From Lama guanicoe (Eukaryota), in NCBI GenBank assembly GCA_013239625.1, contig MU054098.1, positions 2,853,104-2,917,103 of the forward strand: 64,000 nucleotides of DNA. The letters are read 5' to 3'. A program made the translations under genes and the position numbers. This document shows, one piece after another, positions 25,530-38,754 of the stretch; position 1 is the stretch's first letter, and each line of letters starts with the position of its first letter. A model generated the notes under the pieces. It ran no database searches. It saw only the letters and a program-made list of their open reading frames with translations, and was not told the DNA's origin.

Positions 25530-26665
25530 CTCCAGACCATTCTTGAAGGTTATGGCAGCCTGATGGATGCTGGTAAGGCTGGATTCTGGCTGGAGTGAGA
25601 TGAAGGTCCAGGTTCTCCCTGTGCCAGTTTTATGGGACAGGATGCATCCAGCCACCTGGCGCTCTGAGGGGCGGTGCTGGGGCAGGACATGGAAGGGCTC
25701 CCTCCAGCCACACCTCTCTCCAGGGTGGTCTGACTTTGGTTTCTCTGCTCCAGCCTGCAGCAGACTCCAGACTCTTCTCAGCTGATGGCCGGGCTCTCCT
25801 GGACATACATACCTGGAGGGCGACGACTGTCCTATTGCAGGTCAGAGCACTCTGCCTCTCTTTCCTTTTCCCTTTCTCTTTTGGACAACCTTTTGTAGGG
25901 GAGGAGATAAGGCCCCAAGGATTCCCAACTGGAAACACTGGTTGGGACAGTCTTTGTGCCAGCAGATGTCTGACCTGGGCCTGACCAGGGAACTTGGGGC
26001 TGAAGCAGAAGGGGCTGGCCTTCTGTCAGAGTCCAGAGAAGGAGCCCCCCACCAAATTGGGGTTAGACCTCAGACAAGCCCTCACCCATCCCTCTCCCAC
26101 TCACCTTGCTCAGATTCCCAGAAGGGCCTTGGACATGTCCCGGCCTGTTTGGATGGTTCTGTGGTGACTTGAGCTGTGTGTGTGCCTGGGGCAGCGCTTG
26201 TAATGTCTGCGTCAGCCCAGGCCCAGGGGCACAGGGGACCTCGAGTAAAGGGAGCTTCAAAGGCACATGGTCTTACAGCTCGGGAGAAAAGGGGTGTCAC
26301 CTCCTGTGTGAACACCCCATGCACTGCAGGCCTAGCCCACGACTTGCGGGTCAGGGCCTTCAGGCTGTGGGTTGGTGTGAAGATGCTTTTGGAGGCATTG
26401 ATGGTGGGGGGTCACCAGCAACCAGAACCTAGGTCTCTTGGCCCCTCACCGCTTCCTTGCCACACAGAAAGCTGGTATCCCCGTTACGTGTCTAAGAAGC
26501 TATTTGCCTGGTCAACTCCAGAGCAGAAAGCACTGAGGGTCTAGGACCCTGGCGAGAGCCGTGTGCTAAGCAGGATGCACAGGCTCTTAGGAGACAGTGC
26601 ATGGGAGTGGGAGCGCCCCCTGTTGAGAGAGGGTAGAAGGATCAGGTTCAGGGTCCTTGCAAAAT
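25530..26665. repeat. Block B copy 1 (~1.1 kb, near-identical to 42596-43733)
   Basis: Constant offset 17066. Eight overlapping ORF-track peptides are identical in both copies. Edges are diverged. Confidence 0.97.
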
Positions 26666-27210
26666 GCCCACAGACTCTTCCTTCCCTTATTCAGAAATAT
26701 AATCTAAACTCAATTATTTTTACAAATGAGGAATATTATACATATAAATAAGATGTAGACCCTCTGCTCTAACTCAGATTTGTCTGAATCAAATTCTGTG
26801 TTCTCCCAGTCTGCATACTGCCTGCAATTTAGATTGTAGCTTTCTGGGGCTTAGGGAGCTTAGGGAATAATTGATTTAGACTTGCTAAGTATGGTATGCG
26901 TGTTGGTTAGTGCATTTGGAGAGTTTTCACATTGATATATTTCTCCAGGTGGGACTATCCAGCAGGTGTTAGATACGTACCTAGAATTTGGGGAAAAGAT
27001 TGGCATGGAGATATGGATTGTGGCTGGTGATACCTAGCTCATAGTAAGCAAGAATCCAGTTGTATATCCTTGTATCCTTTCCTATAAATATATATTTTTC
27101 AAACAGAATTGGAATTATACTGAATTCACTGACTCGTAACCTGTGTGTAAAAAATGAACTTTTTCTTTAAACCTCTTTACGGAGACACAATACCTATTTA
27201 GAAGAGGTAG

Positions 27211-27243
27211 GCACGCCATCTGGTGACCACACCCAGAACTGCG
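27211..27243 (-). promoter_or_regulatory. Candidate CTCF site with upstream module
   Basis: Minus strand reads CGCAGTTCT-gggtg-TGGTCACCAGATGGCGTGC, close to the CTCF core plus the ZF9-11 upstream motif at the usual spacing. Confidence 0.6.
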
Positions 27244-27856
27244 AGTTGAACACTGCTAACCAAAGACAGAGGGAAGGAGAGAAATAATTGCCAGGCCAGG
27301 GAAGAAGACTTGATATTGGGGAGGGGAATGCCTTAATCCCAACTTACGCTGGACTGATACAGTAGCAGCCTCTTTCTGGCGGGTAAGGTGGCACAAGAAG
27401 CAGCATATAGTTAGATAGTCTTCCCCTGTCTCAAGTCAAGTGTGTGTGCATATGTGTGTGTTTAAATGGAACGATCTTATACTATTTTCACTTTTTCTCT
27501 GATTGTGGAAGTTATATGTTTCTACTAGAAAAGATCTGCAAATGTAGAAATGTATAAAAGAAGATATAAATTACCTATAGTTCCTCTACCCAGAGAAAAT
27601 AATTAATATTAACATGCATATACTTACATTGTGTGTATACATATCTCCTTTTATATACTCTGTCAGTTTACTTTTTTATATAGTATATATGTATATTACT
27701 TTACATCTCTGAATAGTGTACATTCAAATACCTTTATGTATTCATATATATTTGTAGTTATATCTTATGTCACATATATTTTATTTATTTATTTTTATTT
27801 GTACATGTGCCATGATATTCCTATGGGTATTCATTCCAAGAATCACACTGCTTGAT

Positions 27857-30758
27857 GAGGAATGACAATCTTACCTTGTGTAATCAAGCTGGCTAAAACT
27901 GAATGAATTTATTATAAGGGTTTAAAAAAGTAAGTTTCAGTATCAATAGTGTACTTATATAAAGCTAAAACTTAGCTTTCTTTTTCTCTGGTAAAAGGAC
28001 AAAGTCTATTGGACTATTTGTCTCTCTTGATAAGAGATTGTGAAAGGCTTTTCTTTACCTTTTAAATAATCTGCCTAGCAAGAAAGGATTTTGTGTCTTA
28101 CCAAAGTAATTTCCTATGCTTCATGTTGTCTTTATCATCAGGACTTTGATTACTTAAAACCAAGTCTTTTCAATATTAAAAGACCTAAGTTTTGCTCACA
28201 ACTCTGTAAACTTCTGTATTTGCCTTTAAAATCTTTTGTCATTTTGTTTAAATAATTAAGTAGTTTCATAATGCTCTGTGATCCTTCTTAGTCAAGTGTC
28301 CATACCTTTTTATTTTTGACTAACTTCCCAAAATCGAATTCTAAATTAAGTCTTTTTGACCTCAAACTAACTTCGGAATTTCTCAAAGAGGCCCTGGAAA
28401 ATCTCAAAAGATTTATTCTCTCTCCTTATAAAAAGAATATAAGATATTAAACTAATTAGGCTTATTTGATATTTTAAACTTTCTTTAGGTTCTGTTTATA
28501 TGTTATTAGTATAAGTGTTCCAGAAATTGTATGAATTATCTGAAAGTTCTAGAATTCTGATATGTCTTGGTATAATATTATCAGTCCTAATTCTAGTTAT
28601 TATCTTAAAATACTGTGTCACAGAAATAACAAATTTCCTTATTAATTGCATTATAATGTACTCTCCTCAGATCTTTAACCATGGCCATTTTAAATCCTTC
28701 TGTCATTGATAGACAGTTACTGTTTTATTCTGATGATTTTGTAAAAGTGCTTCATCTTCAAGGAGATTCATAGAAAGGACTCTGACAAGTACAGATTTCT
28801 GATAACTTTCACATCATGCCACTGAACTGGGTAAGAATTTACAGAACTCTAATAAAAAAACTGGATTAATAAAACTGCTAACAAAAGATCAAGATCAACA
28901 AGGGTTAATTTCCATGGGACTGACTCAACTCATGAGGATGATTGTAATTTTTTATGACCTTTTGTTTGAAACATCCTGGTTCTTTAGTGTTATGTTTTCC
29001 AGATTTAAGGGAACTTTTTCTCTTAAGCCATCTATGATTTATAGCTATTTAGTAAAGTATATCCTTATGAACAAAGGTGAAACAATGACTTTTTCTCCCT
29101 ATCTGAGCTCTCCAGAATTCAGAAACTGAGTGAGTAGTTTTCTGGCAATGTAGTTATTTGCATAGATTCAGTAAGAATCTGTTCTTGTAACAAGATACAA
29201 TTAGAAACATTAGTTATATTAACAAGGCTTTAACTGTGTAGGGGAAGAAAAATAATTTCCCCTCTACCCTTCTAAGGTCTTGGCTGAGATCTGCTGTAAT
29301 AAAAGACAGATTAACAGGAGAAAAACAAGCAGAAGTTTAATGCCATGTACACCTCTTGTATACATAGAGGGAAACTGAGTAACTCCCTGAAATGGCCCAC
29401 CTTAAATACTATCTTCAGCTAAAGACAAAAGACCTTGGGGTGGGGGGAAGTTGCAGGAGATTACTGTTAGTCAACCAGGTTCATTTGCTGATGTTCAGCG
29501 TGGCAAATGATGAGATAACTGACGTTTATAGCAGAGGAAAAGTTTATTCACAAGGCAGCCATGTGAGGAGACAGGAGAATAACTCAGATCTGCCTCCCCA
29601 AAAGCAAGGGGCTTGAGATATTTACAGGTTAAAGAAGCAGAGTGCACGCAGGCATGGGGAAAGTTGATTGGAGGTAGGGAAAAGGTGAGGTAATCGGTGT
29701 TCTGTGCAGGCATATCTGAGTTACATGCTTTTTACTCATGGGATGTAGGTTAGAAAATGGAGGCACTTAGCATGATCTAAAAGTTGAGTTTTGGGCCCTC
29801 TGATGTCAAAAGGTCCTTCGTGGACACCTGCGCAGGCCCAGTTTTAGGATTGATGGTCCCAACCAGTTTTAGCCGGCTTGAACTGGACTGGAGCCAACTC
29901 CAAGTTCCTGGAAAACAACTTAAGCCCCCGTTACTATAGTGACCCATACGTCAGAGGCGTTATCTGTAGGGGTGGTTAAGAAGTCTTATGATATATTACC
30001 TAAGCTTGGAGGGTATGCAATTAAAGAAGGGAAAAAAACAGAAAAAAAATAACTAAAGCAAGCTTAATCAGTAAAGGCAGATTATAAGCAGAGGGCTTTT
30101 TAACAAGCTGTTCCCTTATCTGCTGTTCTGTAAGGCACACTCAAGGATTTTCTGTTAAGGCGCCAGCTTCTGTTAACCCTATGGGGGCACAGTTTCATTA
30201 TCAGGGAAAGCACAGTAAATAAGAGCCTGGTTGTTATGCAGATTTAAGTTTGCTCCTTCTCCACTGATATGAGTTTCTAGAGATTTGTCATCTTTCTCTT
30301 CTAGGTACTGAGGGGGAGACACCCCTACAAAGGAGTTTCCCTTACTAGACTTATTTTGCAAACAAATTAGTCTTACTTCATCTCTGCTAGAAATGGGGGT
30401 GACTGCAGAGAGTAAAATTTTATTTTCAGTGGAAACTATATTACACCTGTGTGGATTTCAGATTCTAGCCCTATTAAGTGTCTTTGAGGTTTTGTATTCT
30501 ACTTGAAAGCCTCCTATATTTGCTCTTCCCCCCAAATATCTTTCTTTTGTCTTTAGCTGAAGATGCTACTTAAGGCGGTGACTTGGGCCTTTGCAGGGAG
30601 TTACTCAGTTTTTCTGGGTATCTCCTATGTAAACAGGTGTCATATATGATATCAAACTTCTGTTTGTTTTTCTTCTGTCAATCTGTCTTTTATTACAGGG
30701 GTGGGTCTCAGCCAAGACCCTAGAAGGGTGGAGGGAAAATAATTTTTCCTCTCCTATA
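27857..30758 (+). mobile_element. Truncated ERV1 (MER4-group-like internal plus partial 3' LTR) with nested LTRs
   Basis: Internal part is an inverted homologue of ~2200-3800. Nested minus-strand LTR from 29237 to ~30350, itself split by an LTR at 29465-30197 (TSD ttac/ttat). LTR end ctctcctata at ~30758. Confidence 0.7.
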
Positions 30759-31161
30759 ATATGCATGTACTTACACTGTGTGTATACATATATCTCCTTT
30801 TATATAGTTTGTCAATTTACTTTATATAGTACATATGTATATTACTTTACATCTTTTACATTCAAATGCTTTTATGTACTCATTTATGTATTTGTTGTTA
30901 TATTTTATATAGCATATATATTATTTATTCCTTCATTTATCTTTGCACATGTGCCACAGCATTTATCTATATGGTCATTCCATCAATGACACCCCTTGAC
31001 AGTAATGTTTATAGTGGAGATAAAATTGTTCTCTTTGATCTCAGAAGCCTATGTCTGAAGGCCACATGAAAGGTCAAGTCCACCCAAAAAAGCATAAAGT
31101 AGAGGAAAGAACACCAGCTTTGTTTGGAGTTGAGGAAGGAAATTCAAAATGATCAAGAACT

Positions 31162-31298
31162 GGGGGAGGGTATAGCTCAGTGGTAGAGAGGATGCTTAGC
31201 ATGCACAAGGTCCTGGGTTCAATCCCCAGTACCTCCATTAAAAAAAGTTAAGTAAATAAATAAACATAATTGCCTCCCCCACCAAAAAAAAAATAAAA
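31162..31298 (+). mobile_element. Vic-1-like SINE
   Basis: ggggagggtatagctcagtggtagag...ggttcaatccccagtacctcc. TSD aatgatcaagaac. Confidence 0.85.
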
Positions 31299-31329
31299 GG
31301 AATTTCCTCAGAATGATCAAGAACCCACT

Positions 31330-31540
31330 TTGGGCTAGGTACTTTATATCTGGGATCTTCTTTAATCCTTATAACTCTTTAAGGAAGGCATTCATCCTGA
31401 TTATAGATGAGGAAACTGCAATTCATAAAGTAAGGGTGACTTACACAGGGTCATACAGCCAGTAAGTGGAGGAACCTGGATTTGAACTTAAATTTGTCTG
31501 ACTCTTAAGTCAGGCTTCTTAAGCACTGTGCCTTGCTTAC
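31330..31540 (-). mobile_element. MIR
   Basis: agatgaggaaactg...gacttacacagggtcatacagccagtaagtgg MIR core. Confidence 0.7.
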
Positions 31541-32029
31541 TCCTAAAATTTCACACCTTCTCTCTTCCTGCTGAGTCTAGTGGCATTCATCTTTTGAAAT
31601 TCAGAAAAGTTGTAAACACTACCCCACTCTCATACCCCACTCTTGTTGAGTTTGAATTTTTTTGCTACAAGACTGCTTTTGCAATCAGAAAAAATTAATA
31701 AGGAATTATCTCTTTCAAATCTTTAAAGTTAAAAAAAGCTCAAAGAATGTATCTGGCACATGAGAAACTGGGATGAAATATTTAAAACATATATTACAGA
31801 TTTTGAGATATCTCTGAAAAATATAAATCTCTACTCACCAATAGAAAATGAGCAAAAGTGCAGGGAGAAATCATTCACAAGAGAAGAAACAATTCACACA
31901 CACACAAACACACATATTCATAGAATCTGAATGATGTTACACAAATGGCATTATACCCTCCATTTCACTTGACAAAGTATTTTTTTTCACTGCAGCATGT
32001 CTTGGGAATCTATCCAAGTTGTTACCTAT

Positions 32030-32660
32030 TGTGGTATAATAAGAAATATATTTGGTCTTTGTCCCCAGTTCCTGGCACAGAGCTCTTCAAAGATTTGGAA
32101 TTTCCTGACAGGAATATCTTTTGTCATTCATAAGGAGACCCTTCTGAACTTCCACTTAAGGGGTGGGGCCACTAGATAGCCGCAAGATGGGGCTAGTCAC
32201 CAGAAATTGGAAATTTCGCCCTACGGACCCCTGGGAAGGGGAACAAGACTTGATGAGCTTCCAGGCTGGTGAATGCATCCACGTGCTGGGACGATGGCAC
32301 AGGCCAGCCACCTCAAGTACAGAAGCGCATGCATTCAGGACCCTTCGGGACCTTGCCCTTTGTACCTCTTCATCTGGCTGTTCATCTGTATTCTTTAATA
32401 AACTGGAAAACATACATAAATGTTTCTCTGAGTTCTGTGCAAGTTCATCAAACCTGAGGAAGAAGGGGGTCATGGGAACCTCTGACCTATAACTGGTCGG
32501 TCAGAAGCAAAGGTGACAACCTGGACTTAAGGTTGGCATCTGAAGTGTTGAGGGGCGGGTGGTAAAATTTTGTGGGACTGAGCCCTTCACCTGTGGGATC
32601 TCACACTCTTTCAGTGTCAGAATTGAGTTAAATGCTTGGTGAGTTGAAAAAAGCACACGT
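32030..32660 (+). mobile_element. MER21-like LTR
   Basis: Starts tgtggtataataagaaatatatttggtctttgtccccagttcctggcacagagc. Homologous to the 1-740 element. Confidence 0.7.
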
Positions 32661-33040
32661 TAGATCTGTATCTTGTTCATATGTAACTGCTGCATATACT
32701 AGAGTGTGAATATATTAGAGTTTGTTCCCTAATGATAGAGATTTAGGTGGCTTCTCATGCTTGGCTATGACCAACGTGCTGCAGTGGCCTTCTTGCATGC
32801 TTCCTTGTGCGTGTAAGTATTCCTCTAGGATTGGTGACTAGAAGTGCAATTGTGGGGCCCTAGGGTGCATTTAGGGTACACTGCCAAATAATGGCCTGTG
32901 TAATGGGCATTTGTCATCTGAATTCTTGCTGGGCTTTGACTTGTCTAGTCTAGTGAGACTTTTGAGGCCAAAACTCCATGTTCTTGCCTCAAGCTTTCTC
33001 CGGCTGCTCCTTCAGTCTAGACAGCTCTCCCCTTCTCTCT

Positions 33041-33192
33041 CTCTCTTTTTAAATTTTTTTATTTAAGTATAGTCAGTTTATAATGTGTCCATTTCTGGTG
33101 TACAGCACAATACTTCAGTCATATAGGAAAACACATATATTCGTTTTCATATTCTTTTTCACCATAGGTTACTACAAGATATTGAATATAGT
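33041..33192 (-). mobile_element. Short L1 3' end inserted in an L2 fragment
   Basis: T-rich tail, L1 3' UTR text, TSD tctccccttctctct on both sides. Confidence 0.75.
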
Positions 33193-33514
33193 TCTCCCCT
33201 TCTCTCTTAAGCAAAATCCTATTTAATCATTCAAAGTCAAGTAAGGTATCACTTACTCCCAGGAGACTTCCTGGCAGTCATCAGAGAAAGCTGAGTTAGG
33301 TGTCCTTTCTTGGTGCTCCTAAGTCCACAGGTGACTTAGAATTTATTATTATAATGTGTTTAAAACTATGTTTAGACATCTATCTCCCAGTCTAAGATAA
33401 CCTCAAAGACATTTGTGTCTTATTTGTCAGCCTATACAGGACAGAGAACAGAACACTCATTGAGATAAGTTTGGTGAATCAAATATTCAAGATTGTGACT
33501 CTGTCTCCTCTATT

Positions 33515-34504
33515 CCAACCACTGTCCCCCAAACCTCAGACTATGGTTGTACTGGGTACTTTCAAGAGTCCCTAGGCCAAGAGCGGGTAAGGCTGTGAGC
33601 ATGCTGGGGCCCCTCAGGGAAGACCAGCATGGGAAGAGTTCTGTGCTCTGAGCTCATCTGGATTCTGGGAAAGGTAGCAGCAGCCAATCTGGAGAGGCAC
33701 CCGTCCCCTCAACTCAGGCCAAATGCCGTTCCTAAGGGAAGCCCCTTCTCACTGTCCTGTGCATCCTAGAGCTGGAAGGGACCCCGTTCATGGTTCTACC
33801 ACAGCCCGTCCCCCTACCTTCCAGCGAGGAGGACGACACAGACAGAGGCAAGGAGAGGGTAGAGGCTCCCAGGCTGCAGAGCCCTTCAGCCGGTGACAGC
33901 ACGAGTCCTGCCCAGCCCACAGCCTGGTCCTGCCTCTCTTCAGCCCAGGTCTAGGCCTGCCGTCTCCGTCCCCGAGAGTTTGCCAGCAGCCTAAGTTGCC
34001 AGCCCACCTTTCCTCAGAGCCCCTTCCTCGTTTCTCTGGCCATATGCAGGGTGTGTGTGTCTAGGCTCGGACAGGATGAGGCAGGAAAGAGAGGCTCCTG
34101 TCACTGCCTTCCCCACTTGGCTACTTTTCCCGGGGCGCTGGTAGGGGAAGGCAAGCCGCCCAGGGCAGCAGGTCTGGAGATCAAACTGCTGCCACGGGTG
34201 TCATTAGGAAAGAATGCAGAGGCGGTAGCAGCAGGGGGAACCTCTGGGCTGGAGAGGGCAGAACTCCTCAGCTCCCGTCCAGGCAGACAGGCCCTGCAAA
34301 GGGAAACCAGACCTCCAAGGAGTCCGTGCTGGAGAGGCGCGCAGAGGGAGGGGGCTGTGTTTCTGCCACAGAAGTGCAGCCTCAGCAGGGAACAGGAATC
34401 TCTGAACCAGAAATGCACGCTGGGCTTCCCTAGCTCCCCCAGAGAAAGGCCACGCCCCCGGACACGGTTGTCATGGCGGCAGCTGCCAGGGGCTGCCCTG
34501 CCTG
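33515..34504. repeat. Block A copy 2
   Basis: Direct near-identical copy of 18381-19370. Confidence 0.97.
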
Positions 34505-36198
34505 CCTTCAGACACCTTCAGCTCCTGCTCCCTGGAAAGGCCTGTGCTGCCCACCCTGGCTGTGCGTAAACATAGCTGGAGCCCAATTCTCTCTGAGCAG
34601 CTTTCAGCAAAGGCAGAGCCCTCTAACATATTCTGAAAACCTCTAGGTGAGACGTGGGGAGCAAATCCCTCCTGAATCATAGAGGCCAGTCAAGGAATCT
34701 AGTAAGAATAACTGAAAGTCCACATTCACAGATGTGTGTTCCAGGGCCAGTCTCTTTCCTGGCTTGCTAGGTGAATGTAGCAATATATTTAGTTTTTCTC
34801 TGTCTCTATTTTCTCATCAGCAAATGCGATCAAAAGCAGATTTATAAAACTGTGTACCTACAGCACTCACAAACATGTATCTATAAATTTTTAGTCTGGT
34901 CTGAATTCTGAGATGTGCAAGAATGACAATTTGGATTTGGTTCAGTGATGTCAGCTTGGTTACTACTAAAGTAGCAAATATGGAATGCAAAGGATATAAA
35001 AGAGATGATAGTGCAAGTGACTGAATGCAGCAATTCATCCTATGTCTTGTATGTCACTATGGTGTGGTCAAAGCTCAGTGGTCTTGGCAGCCCATGTACC
35101 ATGAGATGCTCACCAAGTCAGAGGAGCATAGAACTGTGAGTTCACTGCATTTTAAGTTCCCAAGCCCATCAGTTCTCCAAAAGAACTTTAGACTAAACTA
35201 CAAGGCACTAGTCTGCTACCCAGTGAGGCATTTCCCCAGGGCCTAAGGTCCAGGCTTTAGGCCTTGACATTCTTTTTGTGACAGGACCAAGAAATGCCTC
35301 TCTTCTGTGTTTGCTCTTCATGGAAGGAGTTTTCAGTGCATGTCAACTTACGGGCTTTTTTGTGGACAAGGCTGCGATGATCTACTTTATTGGGAAGAGA
35401 CTATTTCCACTTCTGCTCAGTTTGGTAGGAGAAAAGGCCTATGATATTTATTCAAAGAGTGCATGGAAAGGAACTGAGGAACATCTAGCACGAGGGGAGG
35501 CAGGAGGAGGAATGGAAGGGATCAAAGGTGTTCCAAGAGAAGGTGATCTTCACTAGGTGCCCCAATGAGTGATATAATCAGATGTAGACTACAAACCAAG
35601 AAGTCGGTCCACAACGCTCTCAAAGAATCCCTCTTTTGCTGGACTGAGCTAAAACTATCTGGTTCTCTCCAAGAGCAATGGTGGTGTGAGGCCTTTGCTG
35701 TCATGGGGGCTGGTCCTTAGGGCTGTCTGCATCTGTGGTCTGTTTTGATGCACCAGAAACATCCCAAGGAGCTATTCCCTTATGAGATGTGCATTCCTTT
35801 ATATTACCTATTCCTATTCCTTTATAGTGCCAGGTCTGGGGAATTATTCATTCTAGAAGAATGGCACAGTAAGAGCACAGACTGGGTAAGTATAAAGCAT
35901 GCTGCAGTCACACTGACTGTCTCTTTTGGCTGGTGCAGAGGAAAAATGGTTGACAAAGCTTAGAATATGTGACTCAGGCTAGATCCTGAAGATCAGGAGA
36001 GGGAACCTAAGATTATTCAGCAGATTGTGGGCCAGAGCCTTTGAGCAGGAGTCAGTAAGATGAAATCAGGAAATAAGGTAGATCAATTTGGTCATTTACT
36101 TGTTCTTTGAATTTTTCTCTAACAACTCCAGTCCACACTGGACATTATCTTCTCCAGATCCCTACTGACCTGCTAATAATCCCTCCCTCACAAACTGG

Positions 36199-37043
36199 TG
36201 AGGGGGATGTGGAATAGCCCATTGGCCTGTACAATGCAACTGTCCCCATGCGGGACACGCAGCAGGTACAGTAATGATGAAATTCCCAGAGGCCTCTAGA
36301 GGATAATCATCTTTGTGGTTGGCTTTTATATCTCCCCTAGCCTAACATACCCTGGTAAATATACAAAAAATCATGACTGCCTTTCATTGCATTCCCAAAA
36401 TGTACAGCTCTAGCATCCCAACTTTAGGTAAACACTAAAAACCTTAGCAGCAAAAACAATATTGGTTAATTCAGCTTGTAAATTCTGTGAGAACTGTAAG
36501 TAATAACTAATCCATGATTATGCATGGTTGAGGTTTGGGGGGCTCATTACCAGAATATAGTTGTATAGGTTGTTGGGCCCACTGACGTCCTTCAAAGTCC
36601 AAGGACCCCCATTTCTGGGCTCTCTGATGTCTGCCTGTGATCCCTCAACAGATAAAGTACCTTCTTTACTGGGCATATTTCCCCTAGCAAACTAATAGCC
36701 CTAGGTAATAATCTCACAATAGCTAAGGCTGGCTTGTTTCAGCCCACCTTATCAGAATCATAAACCCCATCACCCTTCACAGACCCTAAACCTCTTACCT
36801 CACCTACAACCAATCAGACTTGTGCACAAGCCAATCAGGCACCTTGTGACCCAACCTTATAAAAGACCCCAGTAACCAGCCCTTGGTGCTCACACAGGCA
36901 CCTCTCGTCTGTGTGGCCCACTGTTGTCTATGGCAGCATACCCCTAACTCCTTTCTATTCTCATACTTTATTTCTGGTAAATTCTTTTACCAACCCACGT
37001 GTCACCGGCTCACCGACCGGCTGCCCCGTTGTGTCCCACAACA
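36199..37043 (+). mobile_element. Solo LTR (ERV1-like, ~845 bp)
   Basis: TG...CA ends, CCAAT boxes, TATAAAA at 36858, R region from ~36888. Poly(A) signal is damaged (cccctaactcc). Confidence 0.75.
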
Positions 37044-37159
37044 TAGGTGAAGTGAAAAACCCTGAATGTGTAGAGGTAATACAGGTAAATTATCCTTGAA
37101 GCTAATGAAGCTTAAGCTTCATGGCCTCTTGAATTGTATGGGCACCATCTAAGAAGGGT

Positions 37160-37764
37160 TATGGTAGGCAAAATTCTAAGATGGTCCCCAATGACCTTCA
37201 TGCCCCTATAATTCTCTCCTCTTTATTATAGATGGAACCTGGGAATATGAAGAGATATTGCTCCCATGATTGTGTTATATGGCAAAAAGAATTCTGCAGA
37301 TACAGTCAGGGTCCCAAATCATTGAGTTAATCAAGAGGGCAATTATTAAGTGGGCCTGATCTAACTGAATGAGCCCTTAAAGAGATGGTCCTTTAGTCAG
37401 AGATATTTGAAGCATGAAGAGAATTTAATATGAGGGAGATTTTCGAGTTTTGACTTTCAAGATAGAGGGGCCATGTGGCAAGGAATGTGGGTGACGTCTG
37501 AGCTGAGATGGCCCAGACGATGGCCAGGAGGAAAGCAGGGCCTCAGTCCTACGACCACAAGGAACTGAATTCTGCCACAACCATGTACACTTGGGAAAGG
37601 ACTCTTAAGCTCCAGCCTGGCTGACACCTTGGTTTCAGCCTTATGAGACACAGCAGAGAACCAAGTCACTTGTCTGGACTTCTGACTTGCTGAACTGTGA
37701 GCCAAAGAAATGAGTGTTATTTCAAGCAGCTAAGCTTGGTACATGACAACAGAAAACTAATATA
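37160..37764 (+). mobile_element. MLT1 (MaLR) LTR
   Basis: tggtaggcaaaattctaagatggtcccca...aaggaactgaattctgccacaacc...gaaaactaatata. Confidence 0.75.
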
Positions 37765-37845
37765 GGGGCCATACTATGTCTCAGATGTTTTTGTAAAGTT
37801 AGCAAAAGCAAGAAGATTGACCACAATTTAAGATTACTGCCTTGT

Positions 37846-37974
37846 GGGGAGGGTATAGCTCAAGTGGTAGAGTGCATGCTTAGCATGTATGGGGCCCTGG
37901 GTTCAAACCTCAGTACTCCCTCTAAGAATAAATAAGTAAGTAAACCTAATTACCTCCCCCCCCACCAAAAAAAA
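37846..37974 (+). mobile_element. Vic-1-like SINE
   Basis: ggggagggtatagctcaagtggtagagtgcatgcttagcatg... TSD aagattactg/aaaattactg. Confidence 0.85.
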
Positions 37975-38294
37975 TTACTGTTTTTTTCCCACTCTGACTT
38001 CCCCTCATGTTGTTGGAGATGGGCATGTTTGGGATCAAGCTAAGGGGAAGGTGATTTGGAATTACATTTAGTTTGGGTTTAACTGGATAATTTATTCACG
38101 TTTTTCTCAGTCACTTGCACGTATAATTACGTAATTACTAGTAAGATTTCACAGCGTAGTGAGTAGAAGCTCTAGGATTCAAACTAGGGTTGTCTGACTC
38201 TACTGCTGATGAGCTACCGCTACACTCTGTCGCCTTTCATATGTTTCGTGAACCATGAACAAATTTTACAGCTCAAATTAAAGCATGGTGGTTT

Positions 38295-38754
38295 TGTTAC
38301 GGAAACGACAGGCCAGTCAAGAAACAAGCACCACTCGGAGGGTTAGAGTACTCAGATGTATTACGCTGGCGGGCTCAGAGGGGCTTCTGCTCCGAAGCTC
38401 TGAGCACCTCCAAGACATGCGCATGAGGTTTTACAGGGTAAAGTACAAGCTTGGGGTATTCGGCCAATAGGCATGGAACAGCTTTAGCAGCATTATCATC
38501 ACAAAAGTGGAGGTGGGGAGGCAGCAAACCAACATTCCAAAGCCAGTATGTATCTTCGAAAATCCAGCTGGCTAGCAAAAAGACATTAACAGCAAACCAA
38601 CACTAATTAACTTAGATTTACAAGTTAGTCCAGCAGAACTCAGATCAGTATTCCAATATAGACTTGAGTTATCTTGTTAGCCCAGCCCAGCCTCTCCTTC
38701 ACATTCCTAGACCTGTAAGTTATCTTGTTAGACCAGCCCAGCTTTTCCTTCACA
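38295..38754 (-). mobile_element. Younger solo LTR (460 bp)
   Basis: TGTT...CACA ends, perfect 4-bp TSD gttt, CpGs retained, internal ~51-bp-period direct repeat (agttatcttgttag...ccttcaca). Confidence 0.75.

Noticed and set aside
31162..31237. tRNA-Ala-like gene (also at 12437, 37846, 44393)
   Set aside because: Each has an extra 3' segment, A-tail and TSD, so these are SINEs.
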